Assembly (NCBI GenBank): GCA_964586355.1
Contig: CAZPGO010000043.1
Span: 1-32,000, forward strand
Length of the DNA stretch: 32,000 nt
Direction: 5' to 3'
Origin: an uncultured archaeon
GTDB lineage: Archaea > Iainarchaeota > Iainarchaeia > Iainarchaeales > CSSED10-239
Both the position numbers and the translations under genes were made by a program. Positions 8,419 through 15,226 of the stretch are shown piece after piece (position 1 is the stretch's first letter; each line of letters opens with the position of its first letter). The notes below the pieces were generated by a model. It saw only the letters and a list, made by a program, of their open reading frames with translations, did no database searches and was not told the DNA's origin.

Positions 8419-10185
8419 TTACTTTAGTATTTCACTATAGGAAACAATATTTATTGAAGGATCTTTTGAAACTGAAAAGGATTTTGCTACAATAAATTTT
8501 GCTCCTTTTTTCTTTATTATTTCTAAAAGTTCTTTATTGATCTCTTTATTGGTTACTATAGCAAATAATTTTCCGGACTTAAAAGAGAGTAATTTCTTTT
8601 CTAGATCTTCTTCTAAAGCAGAACCTATTTTTCTTAGTTTGCCATTTAGCATTCTAGCTTCTTTTTTGTCTTTTATATCTTCTATGATTTTCTTAAAATT
8701 GTTTTTTAAATTTTCTGTTAACTTAGGCAAAACAATAGATTTTGGTTTCTGTTCTTCTTTTTGTAATGTTTTTTTTATTAGTTCGTTATTTACTTCTTGA
8801 GTTTTATTTGCAGTTTTTTCTTCTGGTTTATTACTTTGTGTTGTATTTAAAATCAAATTTGGTTTAGAGATATTTGAAATTGCTGAACTCTTTGAAATTG
8901 CTGCCTCTACAAGCTTATTGTCCACAACTTCTATTTTATCTAGATGTTGTGTTAATCTATTTACTTTTGGTTCTTCTTTTGGTCTTTCATTATTTTGTTG
9001 CCTAAAATTTGGTTTGAAGTCTTTATGGTAGTTTTTACTATGATTATTTCTGGAATCATTATCTCTATGTCTAAAACCATTTTGATCTTTTTTAACATCC
9101 ACTCTTTCTAGTCCAGGTATTTGTGATAACATTTGATCAAAAGGATCTGATTTCTCTGGTCTATAAGATGAATTTTCTGACTTATAAGAAGAATTTTGTT
9201 GATTTGGATTTTTTGGTATGAATTTACTGGACAAAAATTCTCTATTTTCTGCTGGTCTTGAATATACCTTATTTTGGTTTGTTGTTGAAAATTTTGTTGC
9301 TTTTACTATTCCTGTTTGTTTTGTAAAATTATTTGTTTCTTTTTCGAAATGGTTATTTAATTTTACATTTGAATAAGCTGATTTTATTTTTCTTCTTAGT
9401 GCTTGATTAATCTCTTTTTGTGTTAGTTCTTCTACTTCTTTACCATCTGGTGCTCTTGCAATATAATCAACTTTTATGCTTTTTAGTAATTGTTGTTGTT
9501 GTATCTCTGCACCTCTGTCTCCATCTAAAAAAATAGTAACAGTCTTTTTCTTACATATTTCTTCTAAAGTTTTAGGTATTCTAGCACCACCTGTTGCAAT
9601 TACATTAGTAAAGCCATATCTTAAAAGGTTCATAACATCAGCCCTACCCTCTACAACAATAATTTCATTACTACTTTCTATTGTGGGTCCTGCGGCTAAT
9701 TTTTCTGAACCGTATTGTATAATATCTTTTGTTTTAAAGGTATCCATTATCTCATCCATAAGTTCTCTAGTATCAGGAATTTCTTCTTGCATTAGTCTTC
9801 CTAATAATTCTATGGCTCTGGATTTTATTTGTTGTCTTTTTACTCCTCTAGTGTCTTCTATTTGTTTTACTCTAAAAAAAGCATCACAAGGTCCGACTTT
9901 TTCTATACTTTCAATAGATGCTGCTATGATTGCTGTTTCTACCATTGAAACACTGCAGGGTAGTTTTAAGATTCCTCTTACTTTATTATTGTTTTGATTA
10001 TATTCTATTTCTATTCTTCCGATTTTTCCGTTTTGCTGTAATTCTTTTATATCTAAATTAGATCCTAAAAGTCCTTCTGATTGTCCAAAAATAGCTCCAA
10101 TAACATCTGGTCTTTCTACTAAACCATTTACTTCAAAATCTGCCACTATCATATATTTGATTGTCTCTATATAGGTTTTTCCCAT
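8419..10185 (-). CDS. dnaG: Archaeal DnaG-type primase (Toprim), with long low-complexity insertion
   Basis: The N-terminus KYMIVADFEVNGLVERPDVIGAIFGQSEGLLG is the archaeal DnaG signature. The Toprim motifs are IIVVEGRADVMNLLRYGFTNVIATGG and FLDGDRGAE. GGGAGTGA SD. Residues ~270-490 are N/Q/K/S-rich low complexity. Confidence 0.88.
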   Translation of the reverse strand: MGKTYIETIKYMIVADFEVNGLVERPDVIGAIFGQSEGLLGSNLDIKELQQNGKIGRIEIEYNQNNNKVRGILKLPCSVSMVETAIIAASIESIEKVGPCDAFFRVKQIEDTRGVKRQQIKSRAIELLGRLMQEEIPDTRELMDEIMDTFKTKDIIQYGSEKLAAGPTIESSNEIIVVEGRADVMNLLRYGFTNVIATGGARIPKTLEEICKKKTVTIFLDGDRGAEIQQQQLLKSIKVDYIARAPDGKEVEELTQKEINQALRRKIKSAYSNVKLNNHFEKETNNFTKQTGIVKATKFSTTNQNKVYSRPAENREFLSSKFIPKNPNQQNSSYKSENSSYRPEKSDPFDQMLSQIPGLERVDVKKDQNGFRHRDNDSRNNHSKNYHKDFKPNFRQQNNERPKEEPKVNRLTQHLDKIEVVDNKLVEAAISKSSAISNISKPNLILNTTQSNKPEEKTANKTQEVNNELIKKTLQKEEQKPKSIVLPKLTENLKNNFKKIIEDIKDKKEARMLNGKLRKIGSALEEDLEKKLLSFKSGKLFAIVTNKEINKELLEIIKKKGAKFIVAKSFSVSKDPSINIVSYSEILK

Positions 10186-10322
10186 AAACTTTCACTCCCT
10201 TAAAAATATTTTTTAAGGATAGTTTTTAGTTGTTTAAAAATAGATTTTGTTTAAAAATTAGAAAATTATTTTTTACCAAAAACTTCTTATAAGCAAATAA
10301 AGTCATTTCCTATAAATAAACT

Positions 10323-10559
10323 TTAACACAGATCTATAATCTTTATGATCTTTTTATTAGACTTCTGTCCTTTAACAATTTCAATTTTGTATCCATAATC
10401 TTTAAAGGTTTGAATAATTTCTTTATTTGCTTTGCCTTTTATTGGTTGGCTATTTATTTTTAATTTGTAATTGTCTTTATCAATACAAATTATTTCTGGC
10501 GATTTACTAGAATTACAAATCACCTGTAAATTAATTACTTGATTTTTTGTAAAGTTCAT
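10323..10559 (-). CDS. DUF167 (YggU/UPF0235) family protein
   Basis: The 78-aa protein has KLKINSQPIKGKANKEIIQTF...IEIVKGQKSNKKIIKI, matching the DUF167 pattern (V.A.P..GKAN.E......V.I..G..S..K...I). Confidence 0.6.
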   Translation of the reverse strand: MNFTKNQVINLQVICNSSKSPEIICIDKDNYKLKINSQPIKGKANKEIIQTFKDYGYKIEIVKGQKSNKKIIKIIDLC

Positions 10560-10811
10560 CTTTGTAATTTTTTATAATTTTCTAATTTTTTTAAAATCTA
10601 TTTTTTTCTAAAAACTAAACTTTTTAATATACTAAATTATTTTTTTGATTTTTATTTTTAAGAACAATCTTTAAAACAATATTGTTCTTTTATTAAATAT
10701 CTATCAATAATATAATAATATAAGAAAACTATTATAAATGATATCTAATTTCAAAAAATAATAGACAGATAACACCCATTTTAAAATAAAAAGAACTAAA
10801 AGAGGTTAAAA

Positions 10812-11213
10812 ATGAAAAAAAACAAAGTAAAGGGGTCTAATGCTGAAAGAGAGCTTTTATTTATGCTTTTTGAGGAGGGTTTTGCTGTGTCAAGGGTTGC
10901 TGGTTCAGGTTGCTCAACTCTACCAACTCCAGATATTATTGCTGTAAAAAACAAAATTTCTGTTGCTATTGAGTGTAAGACAAAAATAGGGGATTACCTA
11001 AATATTAAAGAATCACAAATAGAGGAGCTAAAAACCTGGGAAAAAATGTCAAAATGTAAGTCATACATTGCTTGGAGGCTTGGTAAAGATGCATGGTATT
11101 TTTTGGAGTTAAAGGATCTTAAGAAAACAACAAAAGCATATTCTATAAAAAAAGAGGATATTATTAATAAGGGTATGACATTAAAGGATTTTATTTTTTT
11201 TGTTATGAAATAG
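10812..11213 (+). CDS. hjc: Holliday junction resolvase Hjc
   Basis: KGSNAERELLFMLFEEGFAVSRVAGSG...PDIIAVKN...AIECKT carries the Hjc/PD-(D/E)xK catalytic motif series (E, D, E.K). The 133-aa size fits. AGAGGT SD. Confidence 0.85.
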   Translation: MKKNKVKGSNAERELLFMLFEEGFAVSRVAGSGCSTLPTPDIIAVKNKISVAIECKTKIGDYLNIKESQIEELKTWEKMSKCKSYIAWRLGKDAWYFLELKDLKKTTKAYSIKKEDIINKGMTLKDFIFFVMK

Positions 11214-11297
11214 TTTTTTTCTTTTATAATATAAATATGTTTATATAGAGTTTCAATCAGATATATTATAGCAACAATAAAAAATGGGAAATAAATT

Positions 11298-11432
11298 ATG
11301 GCATATTTAGAACTAGAAGACATCATAAGAAGCTTAGAAATAGAAGCAAAAAAAGAAAAAAGTTTAAGAAAAAAATGTTTATATGATTCAGCCATAAAAA
11401 CATTAAAAGAACTTAAAGAAAGAAAAAGCTAA
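11298..11432 (+). CDS. Possible 44-aa micro-protein whose 3' end is the left direct-repeat copy
   Basis: Own translation: MAYLELEDIIRSLEIEAKKEKSLRKKCLYDSAIKTLKELKERKS*. Only a weak GGGAAA lies upstream. Coding status is uncertain. It is listed because its last 11 codons plus stop are duplicated at 13310-13346. Confidence 0.25.
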   Translation: MAYLELEDIIRSLEIEAKKEKSLRKKCLYDSAIKTLKELKERKS

Positions 11433-11433
11433 T
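11397..11433 (+). repeat. Left copy of 37-bp perfect direct repeat AAAACATTAAAAGAACTTAAAGAAAGAAAAAGCTAAT
   Basis: Direct string comparison shows it is identical to 13310-13346. Confidence 0.95.
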
Positions 11434-11845
11434 GTTGACAAGATCTTAATAAAATTGTAGCAAAAAGAACCCCTGTTGGCATTGCAACCATAACAGCAAA
11501 AGGGGCCTTCTCTTTTTCTGCCATATTGGGCACAAAATTTGGATCTCTTCTTTTTATTTCAAATTCACGAGCTCTAACGATTTTTTCGGGAACTTTTTTT
11601 CCTAAAGCAACACTTTTTAGAACACTTTCTAAAATAGCTTGTACTTCTGGAGCACTTTTTTTTGCTAATTGGGCCTCAAGTATTTTAACTGCTTTTCTTT
11701 TAACAATTGCTTGATTTTTAACTGCTTGTTTTTTTAATACCTCTAACTCGGCAACTGTCCAAGCAGTTGTTTTTTTCTTTTCTGCAACAACTTTTGTACC
11801 TGCAGAAGTTGTTCTAAATTTTACTGTTGGTTTTCTATATTTCAT
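11429..11845 (-). CDS. Hypothetical A/V/K-rich protein with C-terminal hydrophobic (tail-anchor-like) segment
   Basis: ATG preceded by a strong GGAGGCGGA SD. The 138-aa product ends in APFAVMVAMPTGVLFATILL. Its composition (Ala/Val/Lys) and codon G+C differ from the neighbouring N/I/K-rich genes. I recognise no family. The TAG stop lies inside the left repeat. Confidence 0.6.
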   Translation of the reverse strand: MKYRKPTVKFRTTSAGTKVVAEKKKTTAWTVAELEVLKKQAVKNQAIVKRKAVKILEAQLAKKSAPEVQAILESVLKSVALGKKVPEKIVRAREFEIKRRDPNFVPNMAEKEKAPFAVMVAMPTGVLFATILLRSCQH

Positions 11846-11979
11846 TTAATAATCCGCCTCCACCAAATAATACAAACCTCTAAAAAAATAGAAATCCGAT
11901 ATATATATATCGAATATGGTGTGATTTGATTTTGCCCAAGAATTTGTGCATAAAGAATAGATTTATTATTGTATCTAAA

Positions 11980-13134
11980 TTATAAAAAAAAGTCTACGCC
12001 ATTTGCAAGAATTTTATTTTTTATTTTTAGAGTATCAAATAATTCTTTTTGCTTATCTTTTATATCTTGATTGTATTTTGCCTCAACTATAGTATCTTTA
12101 TATTTAAAATCTATTTCAATATTATTTTCTCTTATAAATCTAGGGCTATTTTCTTTTATTTTTAAAAAAACCAAATTTTCGTAAATGGAACCTAAATCTC
12201 TAAAACCAGTAACTACATTTTTAATTCCAACGTCTGCACAATATATCTTTTTATTATCTACAATTCTTTCATTCAAACTTTTAGCATCTTTTTCTATAAT
12301 ATAAAACAAATAAGTTTCTTTGAAATAATCAATATAATTTTTAACTGAATTCTTACTAATTCCTAAAATATGACTTAATTTATTATAAGATATTGGCTTA
12401 CCTACTCTCTCACAAAGCAATCTGAATAAATTTTCAATAGCATCATTATCTCTTAAATTATATTTTGCTATTATGTCCTTATATATTATGTTTTTTGTTA
12501 AATTTATTATATATTCTGGATCTTTTGTAAGAACATATTCTGGCATGCCCCCATATTCCATATACTCTTCAAAATATTTTTCTAAAAGATATTTTTCTGA
12601 TTTTTTTGGGGCATAATTTTTAAAAAATAAAAATTCTTGAAAATCCAGTGGTTTTACTTCTAATACTCTACTTCTTCCAGTTAATAGTGCCTTTTTATCA
12701 ATTAATTTATTTGCAGAAGAGGATGTGGCAAATATCTTACTATTTCCCAAATCATATAAATTCTTAAGTTCTTCTTTAAAAGAATCCTTATATGTGACTT
12801 CATCAAAAAACAAATAAATTTTTTCGTTTATCTTTAAATTATTTATCTTTCTAAACTCTCTAACTAAATCAGATATACTCTTATCTCTAAAAGAGAAAGA
12901 ATCTAATGACAAATAAAGTATTTTCTTTGCATTTACATTTTGATCATTTATTAGAAAAAAAATCAATTGTTTAAGTAAAGTTGATTTTCCTACCCTTCTA
13001 AGACCAGTCAATAAAATAATATCTTTATTATTTAAATTGCGTTCTAAAAAAGACAAATATTTCTCTCTTTTAATGCCCATTAGTTTATACTTTTCTTCCC
13101 ACCACGGATTGAATTCATAAAATAGTTCATTCAT
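11980..13134 (-). CDS. AAA+ ATPase of the AAA_14/DUF4143 (COG1373) family
   Basis: Walker A LLTGLRRVGKSTLLKQL and Walker B YLFFDEV. A central wHTH-like segment is LSHILGISKNSVKNYIDYF. The C-terminal YENLVFLKI...EIDFKYKDTIVEAKY fits the DUF4143 PD-(D/E)xK-like pattern. Confidence 0.85.
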   Translation of the reverse strand: MNELFYEFNPWWEEKYKLMGIKREKYLSFLERNLNNKDIILLTGLRRVGKSTLLKQLIFFLINDQNVNAKKILYLSLDSFSFRDKSISDLVREFRKINNLKINEKIYLFFDEVTYKDSFKEELKNLYDLGNSKIFATSSSANKLIDKKALLTGRSRVLEVKPLDFQEFLFFKNYAPKKSEKYLLEKYFEEYMEYGGMPEYVLTKDPEYIINLTKNIIYKDIIAKYNLRDNDAIENLFRLLCERVGKPISYNKLSHILGISKNSVKNYIDYFKETYLFYIIEKDAKSLNERIVDNKKIYCADVGIKNVVTGFRDLGSIYENLVFLKIKENSPRFIRENNIEIDFKYKDTIVEAKYNQDIKDKQKELFDTLKIKNKILANGVDFFL

Positions 13135-13309
13135 ATATTACATCTGTAACAAACAGTATATAAAGGTTGCCTTTACTAAAGTCCACCAACACTGGTTTGT
13201 AGTTTTTAGTAATTACAACTAATAATCCTTTAATCTATGCAGTTAAAAATAGTGTGCATAAATTTTTTTACAAAAAGTTCAAAAAAAAGGTTTATATTAG
13301 TCTACTATT

Positions 13310-13346
13310 AAAACATTAAAAGAACTTAAAGAAAGAAAAAGCTAAT
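13310..13346 (+). repeat. Right copy of 37-bp perfect direct repeat
   Basis: Identical to 11397-11433. The frame equivalent to the left-copy ORF is closed by TAG at 13298-13300, so this copy is an orphan fragment. It ends 15 nt before the pth2 stop codon. Confidence 0.95.
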
Positions 13347-13361
13347 TGTTTTTTAAAAATA

Positions 13362-13709
13362 TTATAACAATTTATATTTTTTTGTAAACTGATCTATTTC
13401 AGTTTCTTTAATAGGCCCAATACCAAGGCAAGTAATGTCTGGTCCAGGTAATTGAGTCAATCCTGCGTCTTTTATTAAAACACAAGGAAATCTATTTTTT
13501 ATGGATTGATAAAGCTCTAATAGCTCTGTTTTTGATTCTATCTTTAAAACAACTTTTTTCTGACCATAAGTAAGCCAAGAATCGACAGCTTTAGGGTCTT
13601 TTTTAGAAGTTAGAAGATAACTTTCTATTGCTGCATGCCCTGCTTGTGCTGCTATTTTGCCTTTCCCTAGTTTTAGATCGTTTCTTACTATTATTACTTG
13701 TTTATACAT
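13362..13709 (-). CDS. pth2: Peptidyl-tRNA hydrolase, archaeal type (Pth2)
   Basis: The 115-aa protein has KQVIIVRNDLKLGKGKIAAQAGHAA, KVVLK and DAGLTQLPGPDITCLGIGP, which are Pth2 hallmarks. Confidence 0.88.
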   Translation of the reverse strand: MYKQVIIVRNDLKLGKGKIAAQAGHAAIESYLLTSKKDPKAVDSWLTYGQKKVVLKIESKTELLELYQSIKNRFPCVLIKDAGLTQLPGPDITCLGIGPIKETEIDQFTKKYKLL

Positions 13710-13746
13710 GTTTTTCTAATATAAAAGTATATTTAAATGATGAAAA

Positions 13747-14103
13747 TCATTCATCCTCTGATTCAAACTCTGGACTTTCATCACTACTATTATCTATTCC
13801 TAAAAAGGTCATAGTAAATGTTGTTTGAAGTCTGCCCCACATTGAGGTTATTTGTTTTGTTTCGTTTAAGTATATGGTTGTATTAAACTCATATCCTCTA
13901 TGCTCATTTTTTACTAAATAGTGTCTATCATATTCTATTTGTGCTCCATTTGATATTAAATTAACAAGTTTAAAAATATAAACACCATCATGTAATCCAA
14001 ACTCATCACCAACAGACACAACTTCTTCTGTTTCTTCTTTTGTATTTTTTGATGGACGTTCCATATCTGTTACTTTTTTTAGTATATGAAATCTTGCTTT
14101 CAT
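13747..14103 (-). CDS. Hypothetical protein with acidic C-terminal tail
   Basis: A 118-aa ORF with an ATG start, packed between kae1 and pth2. The tail is DNSSDESPEFESEDE. I recognise no family. Confidence 0.45.
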   Translation of the reverse strand: MKARFHILKKVTDMERPSKNTKEETEEVVSVGDEFGLHDGVYIFKLVNLISNGAQIEYDRHYLVKNEHRGYEFNTTIYLNETKQITSMWGRLQTTFTMTFLGIDNSSDESPEFESEDE

Positions 14104-14187
14104 TATTGATCTTTCTCCATTTTTAGTGTTTTAAATATTTATTTCTAATAAACTTAAGAATAATATGTTTATAAATATAATTATTTT

Positions 14188-15186
14188 TCACCAATTTATA
14201 ATAACTTGGTCAGTTCTAAATTTTGGGTTGATTTTTGTATTTTTAAGAGACATTCCTTTTTTATAATTATTAAGATAATGCTTTAGTCCAAGATCTGCAA
14301 TAATCAAACCATTATCTACGCACACAACCATTGGTGGTACAAATAATTTAATTTTATTTTGCTTACAAAATATTTCTAACATTTCTTTTAGGGCTTTACT
14401 TGCTGCAACTCCACCAATTACCATTACTTCTTTTTTTTTTGTGTAAGAAAGTGCTCTATCAGTTACTTCTAACAACATGGCGTAAGCTGTGTGCATAAAG
14501 GAATAAATTAGTTCTTCTTTTGGATATTTGTCTATTAATTTTTTTGAATGTGTTAATAATCCTGAAAAGTTCAGATCCATTCCTTTTACTGAGTATGGTA
14601 GTTCTATATATTTAGATCTATCTGCCTTAAAATAAATTTCATCTAAAACAGGGCCACCAGGAAATCCATAGCCTAAATCTCTTGCAAAGCTATCAAATAA
14701 ATTACCTATACCAATATCTAGTGTTTCTCCAATTATTTTATATCTATTTTCGTCTTTTGCGATTATTTGTGTGTTTGCTCCTGAGGTGTAAATTATAAGA
14801 GGATCTTTTGCGTTTAATAGGGTTTTGCCTATTTCTATGTGGGAGATGCAATGATTTACTCCAATAATTGGTTTGTTATACTTAATTGCTAATACTCTAG
14901 CAACAGTTGCAGAGACTGATAAACAAGGGCCTAATCCTGGACCTTGTGAAAAAGAAATAATATCTATATCTTTTAGTTTTAGGTTTGCTTTTTCTAGTGC
15001 GGAGATTAAAACATTAATAACATTTTCATAATGGAATATGGACACATCAAATGGTTTTAGTCCTTCTCCATCTTTAGAAACAAATTGTTTTTTTTCATTT
15101 GCAAGTATATTGCCATAATTATCAATTATTCCAACTCCTATGGTGTGAGCAGTACTTTCTATTCCTAAACATATTTTTTTTTTCAT
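14188..15186 (-). CDS. kae1: tRNA N6-adenosine threonylcarbamoyltransferase Kae1 (KEOPS catalytic subunit), not fused to Bud32
   Basis: LGIESTAHTIGVGI (ASKHA phosphate-1 motif), the metal-binding HCISHIE, and GGVAASKALKEM. The 332-aa length corresponds to the Kae1 domain only. Confidence 0.9.
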   Translation of the reverse strand: MKKKICLGIESTAHTIGVGIIDNYGNILANEKKQFVSKDGEGLKPFDVSIFHYENVINVLISALEKANLKLKDIDIISFSQGPGLGPCLSVSATVARVLAIKYNKPIIGVNHCISHIEIGKTLLNAKDPLIIYTSGANTQIIAKDENRYKIIGETLDIGIGNLFDSFARDLGYGFPGGPVLDEIYFKADRSKYIELPYSVKGMDLNFSGLLTHSKKLIDKYPKEELIYSFMHTAYAMLLEVTDRALSYTKKKEVMVIGGVAASKALKEMLEIFCKQNKIKLFVPPMVVCVDNGLIIADLGLKHYLNNYKKGMSLKNTKINPKFRTDQVIINW

Positions 15187-15226
15187 ATTTTTCTTTTAAT
15201 TTATAATTATAATTGGTTTTTTCCTC

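Larger units (their letters stand above)
11397..13346. mobile_element. Candidate integrated two-gene cassette bounded by 37-bp direct repeats (att-like); no recombinase inside
   Basis: Perfect direct repeats flank 1876 bp carrying two minus-strand genes. One gene is visibly richer in G+C and in Ala/Val codons than its surroundings. The right repeat is an orphan copy of the 3' end of the ORF at 11298-11432. Confidence 0.4.

Noticed and set aside
9476-9997. 173-aa plus-strand ORF antisense to the DnaG Toprim region.
   Set aside because: It is long for an AT-rich genome. However, it sits opposite the most conserved and relatively G+C-richer part of dnaG, has a Cys/Ser/Leu-rich nonsense-like product and lacks an SD. 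It is most likely a shadow ORF.
10994-11395. 133-aa minus-strand ORF overlapping the 3' end of hjc and the micro-ORF region.
   Set aside because: It overlaps the well-supported hjc gene by about 220 nt, has a low-complexity hydrophobic product and no SD. I preferred hjc plus the small plus-strand ORF.
11434-13309. Search for terminal inverted repeats, an integrase, a transposase or a tRNA target that would classify the repeat-bounded cassette as a known IS or integrative element type.
   Set aside because: None was found. The ends (GTTGACAAGATC... and ...TTAGTCTACTATT) are not inverted copies, and both ORFs lack recombinase motifs. The cassette is therefore reported only as a candidate.
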